Source of the DNA: the human T2T-CHM13v2.0 reference genome, Homo sapiens
Strand: one strand, 5' to 3'
DNA: 64,000 bases
Assembly (NCBI RefSeq): GCF_009914755.1
Contig: NC_060926.1
The notes under the pieces were generated by a model. It did no database searches and was not told where the DNA came from. It saw only the letters and a program-made list of their open reading frames with translations. A program made the translations under genes and the position numbers. Below are positions 43,649-59,207 of this stretch, one piece after another (the first letter of the stretch is position 1; every line of letters begins with the position of its first letter).

Positions 43649-45190
43649 ATCAACTGTTGCCACAAGTATTTTCTTGAGAGATTTTAAAACAAGGAATACT
43701 TTTTTTCCATTTTGTTTCATTGATCCCAGCATAAAGTTAGTAGATATAACTTTTTAGTTGCTATTCAAATTAATCATTTTACTAAAATTTTCTTCAGTAA
43801 GAAGGTCCTAGAATCTCTCCAGACACCAGCAAGCCTCTATCTTGTCTAAGTGCTGTCAAGGACCTAGTTCTTTAGGGAATAGGTAAACAGGTCTCCCTTT
43901 CATTGAACATGTTAGAGTTCATGCAGGTCGCAAAGGCCTGATAATAGCTTAATACCATGACATGGGGAAAATCTCGATAGATTTGGCTTAAAGTCTCCTT
44001 GGCATTCACTTCTGCTAATTAAAAAAAATCCTTGAAGAATAATTAAGAATGGGCAAGGTTGTCAGAGAATTTATTTTGTTTCTTGCCCACACAGATAATA
44101 TCCACATACACATTCACTGGCTCTTGTGAGCAAATGAATTTAAAAATAGACAGCAGTTGTTCTAATTAGTGGGAGCCATGTACTCACCAGTTAAAATGGG
44201 CCACAACAAACAAGACTGAGAGCATGTACTTATCTTGCTTTTTCACCAACAGTGGTTTGGTTACCTAGTTTTATTCACTTAATTGTGCATGCTTACATAA
44301 ACTTTAAACTACATTTAAAACTAGCAAATCTGCATACCAAATTATGTATAACGTAGATTGAATTTTTATGAACTTAAAGTGAGTTAATTGTATAATGTAA
44401 TATTGTTTAAAATATGTAAAAACCAAGCATTTCCGCTTGGTCCATAATTCTATTTGATATTTTAAAATTCTCATTTAAAAATTATATTGCTATCATTCAG
44501 CATGTGAAAATTTATTGATAAAATGTGATTTTAATATTTTTTAGATATAAACTTTCAACGTACTTCCATATGAGGATTATAATAGCCCTGCTTTATTAAA
44601 GACCATAAAATATTAACTTTCCCCAAGATGTTATGGGTTCCAGTTCTTCTGATCATTTGATTCCTTTAATTACTGTCCCTCAATTTCTTCATCTTTACAA
44701 TAGATATATTAACATTTACAGATCGACTATTTCCTTTAACCTCCTAGAAGAAAGTTTTTGTGGGGAAAGATGATTCTGTATTATTCAGTAGCATAGACAT
44801 TTTGCATATCAAAGATGTTCATTTGGCACTAATGTTGATTGAAATCAAATCCATCTGAGATGCCTAGCTCGTATTTGCATTCTGGAAGCCTCCATCGCAG
44901 GGGAGCTCGGCAGGGTATGTGAGCTTTGTTGGAGGTGCGGTGTTTCATTCTGCAGCTGTTGTGAGGACAGAGAGGCATGGCCCACAGGCAAAAAAAGTCA
45001 CCACCCAGAAGATGCTCTGGGATAGAGGAACTGCTCCTTTTCATCAGCTCTTCCAATGCCGTGGGAGAGGTGATCCCAGTCTTCTCTGTACATCTTGTGC
45101 TTTTCCATTAAGACTTGTTCCAGTGGGAAGGAGCTTTGGAAAAATTGCAAAGGTCTGAATCTTCAGGGCATTTTCATGACAGGACTTGCC

Positions 45191-45229
<39 letters not shown>

Positions 45230-46350
45230 GCTCCAGAGGCCTAACTGGTTTCTCAAGTCATTTCAGTGATATCATTGAAACGTTTTTGTGGTACTTCCCT
45301 TTGTCTTTCACTGTTTCATTTTTATATTGCTTCATTTACTTCTTTGCTTTTGGCTTTGTTATTAGAAAAAATAATTATGAGGTCTGTTGTGCATGTTGAC
45401 TGTGATATTAAGTTATGGCATGCCATTAAGTTTTCCAGACGATGTTGGATGTATCTGATTAGTTCATGTCATCTGTAAATACAATTCTTTTTTGTAGTAC
45501 TTTGGAATGGAGCCTTTTTCTGGTGTACTGTATGCCATTTAAGTTTCACATACAAGCTGCTTTCGGCAAAGGCTTGAATATTTATAAATTTCAGATGGTT
45601 ATCCTCACTTTATAGTACACTTAAGTGGCTACCATATATTTTTTATATGACAATTGGCTGAATAGCTGATGTGTATGACACTTTTACACAGATTTGCACT
45701 TTGGAACTATTTTATAGTTGTAATGCATCAATCAAATACATTTCAAGCACATTTCTTGATCAATTTACCAGCAACCCTCTGAAGGAATGAAGGAGAGTTG
45801 TGATTGCTATGTCAATGAGTGAAATATACTTAAAAATGGCAGAGTTATATAGTACATTATTGTAGCAACCTTATATCTGATTTGAGATACTGTGTTGCCA
45901 AATGTCCATGTTATGTTTATTTCTCTATTGGTTGTATTTATTAATTTTTAGAAGCCTTTAAACTGTGTTAGAATCTTTTTGAAAAATGTTGATTTTGCAT
46001 CATAAAGTTTCAATTTATCAAGGATATCTTTTCAGTTACACTTTTAGAAAGAGTGAATAAAAAGGGCAGTGAGTTATGCTCTTGGACTTGGTGAAAGCTA
46101 TCATCTCTCCATATTGTATTTGTTCAGCTGGTTTAATTCACTCAGGTGGATGATTGCACATACATTGGAATTGGCTGGAGAGACTACACAGAGAAGTTTA
46201 ATGATCGTGTACAATTTGAGGGTTGATGGTAGGGCTTTCTAAAAAAAGTAATATCAAGTGTGTTGTTAGTATTCATTTAGTCATTTTTATTACTAATCTA
46301 TAAATATATTTATTAAATTTGAAGATTAAATGGAATTATAAAGGAATATA
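43649..46350 (+). other. TMEM182: TMEM182 3' UTR (end approximate)
   Basis: AU-rich, largely repeat-free sequence after the stop. Candidate poly(A) signals: AATAAA 45224-45229, AATAAA 46056-46061, ATTAAA 46312-46317 and 46325-46330, the last followed by GT-rich sequence. Confidence 0.7.
45191..45229 (+). repeat. (AAT)12 microsatellite in the 3' UTR ending in AATAAA
   Basis: 12 AAT units at 45191-45226, then AAAG. Confidence 0.95.
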
Positions 46351-47425
46351 TTGGAGGAAGTGTCAGTGTTGGTAATTATTCATCTATTTATCTGTCTATC
46401 ATCAATATATATGGGTGCATGTCTGTGTATATTTGTGTGTATGTAAGTGTGCATGTGTATTATATGTTTGGGTAGAAAGAGATACATTGAATGGTATAAA
46501 TCAATATATTTGAGCTAAGCAAGTTAAAAAAAAATCAGTTATCTTTGGGAACAGCAATCTATTATTGTTGTTTCCCTGAGTGCCACTTTAACTGTTTCAC
46601 TCAATGGATGGTGGTTTATTCAGTTCAACACGTAATTTGATTTCTATTTTCTTAAAAGTAACCATGTTGGACTTACAAAGAGACTTAGAATGTCAGAGGT
46701 GTTAGGCAGATATTGGATACCAGTAAAATTGGCTGGATATGTCTGAAGGTCGGTGGAATTGTGAGAAAGACCAATGGTGATGGGGTTACATTGAAGAAAA
46801 TATAAGATGAGCTAAATCAAAACCAGATTTGATTTTTTTGGGACTCCACCAGAAGTGGAAACTCATAAACAAGAGATGAAACAGAAAACTACATTTTTAT
46901 TGATTGTATGAAGGAGTTAAATATATGGAGACATTTCCTCAGTGATGATCAAGGGTAGGTGGGGAAATTCCAATAAGAATGTAGGATGACAATACCTTAG
47001 ATATGTTGAAAACCAAGGAGGATGGGGATATAGTATCTTTCGTATTATAATAAGCATAAAGTTAGCAAAGGGACATTTAATTTGGTTAGCAGGGAAGATA
47101 GGAAAGAAAGAAAGGAAAACATCCAGTTACAGATTAGACTTTCTGAACTAACTCCCCAGAGCAAGCGTTAGGGGCTCCATCTTCAGATCAGTGAGACAAA
47201 CCTGGACTAGCCTGTGAGAGTGGGATGTATCAGAGACAGCAAGTCTGGAACGACAATGGAGATGCCCGAGGAGACCCACTCAGCTTTTTGAAAGATCATC
47301 CCTCCTGCCCATAGGATTCAGCTATGACTGAAAAATTGAAGGGGCAATTGGACGGTTGAACTTTATAAATGATCTGCTTCTAGATGTAAGGAGTCATATG
47401 ATATATCTAATAATTCTATTTAATC

Positions 47426-47426
<1 letters not shown>

Positions 47427-47470
<44 letters not shown>
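47427..47470. repeat. (TATC)11 tetranucleotide STR
   Basis: Seen directly. Confidence 0.95.
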
Positions 47471-47471
<1 letters not shown>

Positions 47472-48179
47472 CTAAATTATACAGTTAAATTGATCTCTAT
47501 ATAGATAGATACTCTCTATATCTATACATTGTCTATATAAGTAACTAAATTAGAACGATTTGGATTCTTCAAATGATGATGGTTTTCCTAGTTCACTGAA
47601 ATGACAGGATAGTTTACCTTGGGTTTATGAAATAAGCATGGTTGAAATAATTGGCATCCTGCACGGATTCTGAATATTTTGCAGATAATTTAGGGAAGGA
47701 GAGGGCTCACTGGGATAAAATAAGTGCACATGCAGCAAAGATTTTAATATTCTCATTCTTCTGGACGTCTAGGAATTACAGTGACATAATTCACTGAAAA
47801 TGTAGGATAGTTGTCTTTTTATATGACAATTCATTTTTTCTTTTCTTAGCATTTTTCCCCATTAATTCTAAAGAGAGACTGCCACTGTTAAAAAATTTAC
47901 CAATGCTTACACAGAGTATTGATGTTAAAAACGACCTAAATGAACAGATATTTAAACAACAAATACTACCAAAGAGTGATGTGTAAAGAATAATGCTTAT
48001 TGCCTCATATTTTGGTCTAGCATATATAAAGGCACTGTAAGAAAATTTGATGTATTGTTTTCATCCCCCGAAAATTCAAGGGAAATTTTTCTCAAAAACT
48101 TTTGTGGGTATATGTAACTATCTGAAAGATATGTGAAGTAGAAAGTCGGATTAACTTGTCTATGTGTACCTATAACCAC

Positions 48180-48430
48180 ATACCTAGGCATGTATATGTA
48201 TATATATGTCTGTGGTATGCATGTATATGTATATATGGATTTGGATAAAACTATATACATATGTCTGTGTGTATGCATATAGAATACATACACGCCTGCC
48301 TCTATATGTCTGATTACACATGCATGCACACATATATACACATAATGTATGTGTATGTATGTAAAGTGTATACATGAACGCGTAGAAGAAATGCTTACAT
48401 TATATTATATGTGCATATACACATATCCAA
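48180..48430. repeat. Degenerate alternating purine-pyrimidine (TA/TG/CA) low-complexity tract
   Basis: Seen directly. Confidence 0.75.
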
Positions 48431-48984
48431 ATATCTGTCTCAGGCATTCCCAAACTCTTAAGTTTTGCTGGAAAGGAGGGCATATTTTATCTTTCTGCTA
48501 TTGCATGCTTGTTGCACTGGTGAGTGAGGATTGGGGCAAATAACAAGTGCTACCACGGCCTTCTCTTCCTTGGATCCAGAGCATATGTGGTGTTGCATAT
48601 AAAATGAACTAGTCATGTTTTCCCTGTAAATGCCAGTGGCCATGATTGTGTCTTTGAACATGTTCTGCACACCAACTGGCAATCGATAGCTGTCAATAAG
48701 TATTTATTTAATAGTTATAAACCTTTTTGGGCAAAATGATTTCTTTCTAAAGCCACATGTCTTAGTTGGTTTATTCTTTCAATCCCCTTGCAGAAGATTA
48801 TACTGATTGGTTCCCTGTCAGCTCCTTATTTGGGTCCCCTGAAGGGAGGTTCCTAGGGTGTTGTGTGGAATGTGATGAGCCTGTGTTTGGAGAGTTGATT
48901 TCAAGTCCTTGATTTTAAACTTGCAATTTGCCAAATCATTCTACTTCACTTTGACTCAGTTTCTTCATCTGAGACGTTCACTAG

Positions 48985-49690
48985 TTTATTCAACAAACAG
49001 TAATTGCATACATGCTACTAGTCACAAATGGCACTAGATGTTAGATACATATTATTGAACAAAACAGACATGGTCTTTTTATTCTTCAAACTGAGATTCA
49101 AGCAAGGGATATAGAGAACAGACAAGTGAGAAAAATAACTTTGACTTTATCAATTGTGATAAATCCTCTAGGGAAAAATGCATAACAGACATAATGAGAG
49201 ATGAAACTATGCTTGTTGGATAATAAGAGAAATTCTTTCTAAGGCAAGAATTCTGACTATTCCAATACACAAAATACATAAAGGGGCTAACTGGGTAAAA
49301 AGTGGAAACAAAAGGATTTCAGGGAGAAGGGAGCAAGTGGAAGAAAACGCCTGAAAATGGAAAAGAACTTGACATGTTCTAGAAATGGCAAGGCAGCTTG
49401 TGTGGCTGGCCATTGAAGCAGGGAGCTTTGTGATGAAGTTGGAGAAGCAGGAAGGGTCCAATCATTCCAAGCCCTTGCCTCATTATAGTATATTTTGAGG
49501 GAAAAAGTTGAAAGGACTTGCTGTGAATTAGATAGAGGTTGAGGACAGGGAAGAAGCAAGAATGACTTCAGATTTCTAGCTTAAGCAAATGGGTGGATGG
49601 AGAAGGCAGGAGGAGAACAGGCTTGAGGGAGAGAGGAATCCATGGTTCATGTTCATGGTGTCATGTTTGAGATGCCTGTGACATGTCCAC
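48985..49690 (-). mobile_element. L2 fragment
   Basis: tttattcaacaaac...aacaaaacagacatggtc...catgtttgagatgcctgtgacatgtcca. Confidence 0.65.
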
Positions 49691-49941
49691 GTTTCAACCC
49701 TGATAAAGAGTTGGATTTCTCAAAGTCCTGCAGTGGCCACAGGACACTGTAGAAGCTGACCCCTTTACTTACTTCTCCAACTCATTTACTACTTTTCCCC
49801 ACTCTCATTCTGTGCCTCAGACATGCCAAGGTGCACTCCAGACTCAACACCCTTGAACATAATGTGTAGCCTGCATTATGTTTTCATAATTGAAATCTTT
49901 AAAATTAGGCTACTATGACCTGCACAAGTGCATACAGTGGT

Positions 49942-50344
49942 TGATATAGTTTGAGTATTTGTCCCCACATCTCATGTTGAATTATAATCCCCAATGTTGG
50001 AGGTGGGGCTTTGTGGGAGGTGTTTGGGTCATGAGGGTGGATCCTTCATGGCTTGGTGCTATCCTTGCCATACTGAGTGAGTTCTCACGAGTTGTAATTG
50101 ATTAAGTGTGTGACACTTCCTCCCCTACTCTCTCTTGCTCCCGCTCAGCCATGTGACATGCCTGCTCCCTCTTTGCCTTCTGCCATGAGTAAAAGTTCCC
50201 TGAGTTCTCCCTAGAAGCTGAGCAAATGCCAGTGCCATGCTTCCTTTTCAGCTTACAGAACCGTGAGGCAATTAAATCTCTTTTCTTTATAAATCACACA
50301 GTCTCGGGTATTTCTTTATAGCAGGGCAAGAGTGGCCTAATACA
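49942..50344 (+). mobile_element. MSTB-like solo LTR (ERVL-MaLR)
   Basis: tgatatagtttg...cctaataca termini with a 5-bp TSD GTGGT. Confidence 0.88.
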
Positions 50345-50435
50345 GTGGTCCCCACTCAGTCTCTCATCTCCTTTAGGCCTTTGTTCAAAAGTTACCTTCT
50401 CAGGAAAACATCCCATGATCATCCTATTTAAAAAT

Positions 50436-50830
<395 letters not shown>

Positions 50831-52017
50831 AAACAGTTAGATTAGGCAGTTAGTTCAGAGGAGCAATGTGGGCCTGGAGATGCACACTGGGGAGTCACAA
50901 CATGTAAAGCCATGGCAAAGATTAGACCCCTGAGGAGGAGAGCTAGAGAGGTTGATCCTCTGTGCACTGGAGAACCAAACAGGGGAGGACAAGTGGAAGA
51001 CTGAGCCTGCGGAGAAGTCAGAAATAGACAATGAAGAATTAATGGGAAGTGTGATATCGAGGAAACCCAGAAGGACGATGTTTCGAGAAGCGACTGAGTT
51101 TTTATATTTACCAGTGGTGCTGAGGGGATGAGTAGGACAAGGAAAAAAGGTGATCTTTGGAGATGGAAGTGTGGAGGTGGTTGGTGATGGTGACTACAGA
51201 AGTTTTGGTATAGGGGCGGGAATGGAAGCCAGATGTGATTGATTTAAAGAGTTAACAGGAGGTAAGAGAGTGGAAAAGGTTGTTGTGCAACTTCTAAAAG
51301 CTGACTGTCTTTGAAGCAGAGCAGAACCATGGAAATGGGTAGAAGGGAATGTGGGATCAAAATAAAGCATTCTGAAGACCCGGGAAAACAAGGGCAAGTG
51401 TGTGTACTTTGAAAATTAGTTTGTACAAAGAAGTGGATGGTGTGAAGAGGGCCATGAAAAAAGTGGAGTGTGGAGCCTGCCAGCGTATGTGTGGAGGGAC
51501 GGTGGTGCCTGCCTCACCTCAAAGTAAACACCCAGAATGTAGAAAGCACTCAGTACATTCAATTTGACAAAAGAAGAAGAAGAAAGAAGAAAGAAAGAAG
51601 AAAGAAGAAGAACCAACCAACCAAACAAAATCCCTATTGTTCACTTAGTATGTACTAGTTCCAGCATCAGGTGTTGGGGTCACCTTTTACAAGTCAAATC
51701 AATAGTCTTCACTGCTCATCCTCAAAGCACAAAAATAAGATCCCCAAGAGTCAACACAGTTGAAAGGTAGGTCTTTTAACACTGTGAGCAGTAATAGAAA
51801 ATGACAGCATCTCAGTCTGTCAGGATGTTAGTGTACATCTGGAAGGTTCCATCTTGCTAGTGAAGTTAAATGTTCCCCTGACTTGATTTTCTAGATAAGC
51901 ATTTGAGAAGGAAATTTCTTATGTATTTCTGATGGCATTTGGTTTTTAATATCTTAGAAAAAATGTGAAGTGTATTTCAATAGCATGTTTTCAACACTAG
52001 ATTCAAGAGTTCTTCCT

Positions 52018-52320
52018 TTATTTTTTATTTTTATTTTTTTGATGGAGTCTCAAACTGTCGCCTGGGCTGGAGTGCTGTGGTGTGATCTCAGCTGACTGCA
52101 ACCTCCGCCTCCTGGGTTCAAGCGATTCTCCTGCCTCAGCTCCCAAGTAGCTGGGATTACAGGTGCCCACCACCAAGCCCAGCTAATTTTTTGTATTTTT
52201 TTAGTAGAGACGGGGTTTCACTATGTTGGCCAGGCTGGTCTCAAACTCCTGACCTCGTGATCCGCCCACCTCGGCCTCCCAAAGTGCTAGGATTACAGGC
52301 GTGAGCCACCATGCCCAGCC
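52018..52320 (-). mobile_element. Alu (S family)
   Basis: Full antisense dimer with agttct..cctt on both flanks. Confidence 0.95.
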
Positions 52321-53008
52321 AGTTCTGTCCTTCTTAAACAGTTCCATTCACTGAAAGAAAATAGCACATAATGCATCCTCAAGGAGATATGCTTACATTA
52401 ACTTTTAAAGGAGATATGTAAACCCATTCAAATTAGGCCTTAGAAAGAAAGTGAAGCAATGTCAATAGCACATTCTCAACATTAGTTTAGTTTTGTTCCT
52501 ATCTGGAAGAATCCCAGTGACTGTCCAAAAGCCATCCACTGGTTTAATGGGAATACTCAGCTTTCTGTCTAGGGCCAATCAAAAGGCGTATCATAATATT
52601 GCACTAGAACATTGGACTTGTTAATAGATTCCACATCATTGAAGTTATCCATTTTTGAGCAAGAAAAATGCTTTAAGATAAAAGGAAAGTGCAGCTTATG
52701 AAAGAGAGGTGTGAAATAAAAGATTCAGAAAGAGGGTTTTAAAAATGGGCTCCATTTGGACTCTAAACAATTCCTGTATTGAATTTTTTATTAATAAAAG
52801 CAGGGGATTTGATTCTTAAGAGGTGACGTGGGAGAAGAGTTGTTTTTACCACTGTCTATGCCTGGCTCAGTTGACTACATCACAGTAAATGACTATATCT
52901 TATGCTGATAGATACTGCGGTTTTTGACTGATCTTCAGCATCTTCACCAGTTTATAATAGTTAATAATTTTACCTGTCCTCAGTGATTGTTTGTGGAGAG
53001 CAACATTT

Positions 53009-53706
<698 letters not shown>

Positions 53707-55059
53707 AATATATTCCAAATTGCTTTCATAACATTGTTGCTTTATAACATGTTATTTTATGTTGTTTTAATCATGAAATGATGAGCCTCAAAGGCAAAAA
53801 CTTCAGTACCTATCAAGCTTTTAGAAAAACACATGGTATCTAAGGTCTGTTATTGCCTATTGGAAGACACAACAGGACAGAAAAAGAAGATGTTAAAGAA
53901 ATATTTTAATTTTCCAAGCTGTTTTTCTTTACAAAAGTAATAAATATTAATTAGACAATTCAAAAAGGACAAAGGAACAGAAAGGAAGAAATAACTTTTA
54001 CCTACAATTCTGCCCTCAGAGTCAAGTGGTGTTAATAGTTCTAATAGGTAACAAGAAGCAGGTAATACAGAGCAAAGTTTCCTCAACTTAGTTTTTTACC
54101 TAATTGTATTGTTTTAACATTTTTCGTGTCTTTAAATATTTCCAGTATTATTGAGACTCTTTGAATCATAGCCAAGCCAGCATAGCTCAGACACACAGAC
54201 ATGGTCAGTGTTTGAGTCTTTGGCCTTAGAAACCCCATTGAGTTTTTGAGTCACTTTGCTGTTTTCCAGGTGACCACATTTAAAAGCAGAGGAATAATAG
54301 TGACTATCCACCCAACATTATTGTGAGTTAAATAATTGTGGACAATTGAAATCCTGTAAGAACAATAAAATGTGCTCCCTAAATTGCCACTGAATGAAAG
54401 TCAAGAGAAGATTCACAGTGGCAGTGATTGTGATGTTTGAGCATTTCTACATGCCAGTAGCTTCTCTTACTTTGTCTGGTGGTGTCAGTCCCATTGGAGA
54501 GTTGAGGCAACTGAAACTAAAAGAATAGGTAACTCGCCCAAGGCCACACAGCCAAAAAGCACTGGAGGTGAACTTCCAGGTGTTTAGTCTCCATGTTCTC
54601 TCCATGATACCAACTGGTTTCTTCCTAATAGCAGAGAGAAGATGTTTTGAACACTTTTGAATGAAAAATGGAACAATTGCTTGAGGCTACATGTTGAGTT
54701 AGTTGCATGAATTAACAACTGAATTGCATAAAGTCAGCCACTTTTAAATTCTCCACTGGCCACTCACTGAGATTTAGTGCTTGGGCTTGAACCATTAAAT
54801 GGGACCATGGGTATCTCATGGTGCCATGACTCACAACATTTATGAGGGCATCCAGGTATGTGGTAGAGAGAAAACTTCTGCATCTGAAGCCTACCCGGAT
54901 GCCCTCGGGTAAGTTACTGAGGCTCTTCACTTTCCTCCAAGCAAAATAACTGGGCAAAGCCCCAGTGCAGCGTACAGTCTGCAGCTGGCTTTTTTTTTTT
55001 TTTTTTTTTAACAAAGTTCCCAATCGATGTTCATTAGAGCGGCGGTGGGGGCTATTGTG

Positions 55060-55280
55060 GTTTAGAGAGAGGTCCCTGGAGAGTGAGAGATGGCCAGGGC
55101 TGGGATCCGACTTCCACCATTGGCAGTGTGGTGTTGAGCAATTGTGTAAAGTTCCAATGCCTCAGTCTCCTCATCCATGAAGCAGGGACAATGAAAATGT
55201 TCATGCAACGTGTTTGCAAAAGTATCTGACACAAAATAAGTGCTCAATAAATGTTATCAACTATTACTATTATTATTATT
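55060..55280 (+). mobile_element. MIR
   Basis: gcctcagtctcctcatcc...taagtgctcaataaatgtta...tattattatt. Confidence 0.65.
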
Positions 55281-55802
55281 CTAGTTTTGAATTGCCGTAC
55301 CATGTTTTTAGGGCTTCTGATCCAAGATTTCTGACCTTACTATTCCGAAGTCACTGGATACAGTTTCTTCAGCACTAATTATATTTTCCTCATTCCTCCA
55401 CTCATCTTAGGGACTTCTTACATCTTACTGCTTCTGCATGTCTAAGATTGCCCAGGAGCATGATCAGAGCTGGGAAAACTTGAGGGAGCGGGTCGCAATA
55501 GTAATATCATGTCCCTTTTGGAGAAAACAGACCACCAAAGAAGATAAATCATCCCACAAGTTACATGGATGTGTTTCTAAATGTTGGCCAATCAAAAAAA
55601 AAATCCTAATTCAATTAGTGCCTTTTTAAAGTGAGGAATACACTTTAATACATTTAAAAAGGAAAACACAGCAAGATAATGAAAAACTGCTCCCCTGCAC
55701 CTCAGCTTTACTTGCCCTTGTCTTATGTGGCTTCCCTTTGAAACGGGTCGCTCTCATCACAGCACGTAGCATGCTGCCAGCCGCCACATGGCTATTTGGC
55801 AG

Positions 55803-55812
55803 CTATTTATAG
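55803..55812. promoter_or_regulatory. Consensus MEF2 site CTATTTATAG
   Basis: Perfect MEF2 consensus in unique sequence, flanked by E-boxes at 55785 and 55855. Confidence 0.4.
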
Positions 55813-56512
55813 CACAGATCATGTTACAGTGCAGCATCGCCAGGCACCATGTTCCAACTGGTGTACCACTGAGCTAAACAGAAATCAACTCAGGTCTTCT
55901 CTGAAAATCAATGTGAAGCCATGATCTCTGTAATCCTCCTTCTCTTTTCTTTTTGTATAATTTCTCTTTGGAAGTGTCTTGCTCACAATGCAGGGGAAAT
56001 TCAGTTGGATTGTCAGTCTGATATACTATACTACCAGATATGTTAGATTTTCCTTCCTTCTACATTTGCTTAAGAGCTTATAAACCACAGTGAATAAAAA
56101 GTGCTAAGTGGAATGAAATGACCTGTCAAGGGTAGATGCAGCATTTGCGAACAACTTCAAAAATGTTCTCAGCTTCACGGCCCTCCAGTCTGGGTTTCTG
56201 TGCTATCTCGAAGCTTCCTTTTCCTTTGCTGTCTTCTCCTTTCTTTCACTCCTTTCAAATCGAAGTACTTCGTGCATCACTGATCTTGGAAGACTGTTTC
56301 TTGCAAAGAAACAATTTTGCCCCTGCCTAAGCAGCCTATGACAAGATTTGGAGGTGCGGTTGAGTGCTGAGTGTTAGGAAAGCAGTTGTTAACCTCGCCT
56401 TCATTACCCTACACCAGACTGGAATTTCCCAGAATATTCGAGAAAAACAAACAAGCAGCTTCCACAAAGATTTGGCTAATACGTACACTGGATAAAAATG
56501 ACTTGTGGCTTA

Positions 56513-56843
<331 letters not shown>

Positions 56844-59207
56844 TCAGAATGTGGCTTGGTTTGGGGACATGGCTCTCTGTAGTTATTAATCAGGGAAGAG
56901 AAAACAAATCCCCACTAAATGAGTGGTCAAAGGATGTGAACTGTGTCTCAGGAGATCACATGTAACCGAGTTAACCCCTGTCAGAGCAAACTGATAGAAT
57001 TGCTAGCACGTAAGGGAAATTGGGCATGGAGACACTGTTTCTACTCAGGGCTGATATGTGTCATAATCTTAGGAAAAATATCACTTACTTTTTTCTGCCT
57101 GTGTAATTGAAATAGTGAAATAGAGATTTTGAAGAGCAAGGTCGCCAGCTCAAGTCCCAGGTTGCCACATGATATCTTTGCAAAAAAAGTCATTAGGAAA
57201 AATGTTCATGGTTTTGACATCTCTTCTGCTTCTGGTAGGAGATAACCTGTTGGTCGAGATTTACATGGCAGTTAAGGCTTCCAAGTGATGGCCAAGGTGA
57301 GGGAAGTGTCTCTGACAGTTTGCCCATGATTTCTGGGGCCCTGGGCTTTTCTCCTAACTTTTCTAGCTGAACCTTCTCTGACCAAGTCTCCACACTAGGC
57401 TACCCCACAATAGGAGCTCAGTAGATGTCGGCTAGATGAATGACAGCATGGAGTGAGTGGGTCATGCTGCTGGGAAGTTTTTGCCCAGGGCAGGGTCACT
57501 TTTATTGATGCCTTAGAAGCAACTGGAAAATGAAAAATGAAGGAGTAGCATCTAAAAAGACTGTAAGGCTAAACAGTTAACCTGAAATTGCCTAAGAATT
57601 GATTTCCAGCAAATAAGGGGTATGAAGAACACCCTGTGAATATGTATATTGAACAAATATTCTGTGGCCCGTTTATGGTTATTTAGAAAAATAAAAGTTG
57701 TTCATTTAAGTGGTTGGAACAGAGCGGAAGTTAGCAAATATTCTGGGTTCCATCTTTCTGTTTTAATGCATCCTGATGAGCAAGTTATTTCTTCAGTTCT
57801 CCGCATGAGAAGTTTAAGTGGAAGGCTGAGGTTATGGAGTAGCTGGCATTCCCAATCAGGTAGCACCTTTTTGCATCATGTATTTCGACAGTGATGGGCT
57901 ATACGTGGGCAGAAGGCTTAGGGGACAGTCATGTCACAGACCTGGCTCTTGGTATAGTTTCTAGGGGATAGGTCCCTAGTTTATGCCACAGGATCCATAT
58001 GCTAACTGCATCAGGGTGGGACACCTGACTGGAGGACAGCCAATCCATTGCCTGTCCAATGACTTATAAGTTATGACCTATAGCCAATGGCTAAAGAAAG
58101 GTGGGTTGGGCAGTCAGGTTCTTCTCCCTCTCGCACCTTTCTTTCTCTTTTCGCCCCCATCTCTATCCTAACAGCAATTTATACTGGGGAAATATCAGAA
58201 GGTGTTAGAAGACAGAACCCTGAAGGATGTGCCAAGAGTCACCATGGAAAGAGTAGAGATAGTGATGTGCTAGGCATGGGCACAAGGCTTAGGTGACAGA
58301 GACCATGAGAAAGTATAGGAGCTTTTGCCAGCAGGTCAGAAAGCCTCCCACACAGAGAGTATAGAGGAGTCCATCGGATAGCAGAGGACTCTGGAATGGT
58401 CCAGAGTTTTTTTTGCCATTGGAGCTTTCCTGCCTCTAGTGCCAGGATCCAGGCAGCCTGGGGCTTTATGATTCCTGTTCTTGGCTTTTTGTGAGGCTTT
58501 CCCTTCTTGCATCACATATTTTGCTTGACCACTCTCCTCCCCCAATTAAACTGCATTGAAGGTTTCCCCATATTTGGAAACCCAAAGATCCAAACCAAAA
58601 CAGAAAAGGAAAATTTAGGAGCAGTTTTCCCACAATAGGTTACTGTTCATATTACCGGTAAGAGTGAGAGTTGAAGGGTAAAGGGAAGTGTGTTCGTATT
58701 GCTTGTATACCATTAAGGGAATGGAGAAAGCTGTGTTTGTTGAGATGTTAGTGTTCACCCAGTTCTGTCTAAGAGTTTATGTCTTCTGCAGTCTATGTGA
58801 TTTCTCATTGGCCTGCCATTCCTTGTTATGGTCACAGAGATGTCTTACTGCTTTTGCTGTTTTCATGTGTCTAAATCTTTACCTATTATTTTCAGAACTA
58901 CAATACTCAGACTTAATGAACAATCAAGTTTTGACAACCACTTCATATAAATTACTATGCTTTCTCTATGGAGTGGAAACTCAACACTTGAGTGAAGAGT
59001 TGAATTGCTGGCATCAGGCATTGATAGCTGTGTGAAGTCATGGGGCTTTCAGCACTTGGGTTTTAAGGGTTCTGTGTATAGATATGGTCAAGGCCATGAT
59101 CCTAGCTCTAATCATGAATTTTGTGGGCTAACATGGGAAGTAAGCTTTATTTACAACACTGGGACTTTGAAAAACTGAATTCCAAGTGCTTTTTTTTTGG
59201 CTCTGGA

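Noticed and set aside
46660-47400. Purine-rich segment after the 3' UTR resembling an ancient retroelement remnant
   Set aside because: I could not assign it to any family from sequence alone.
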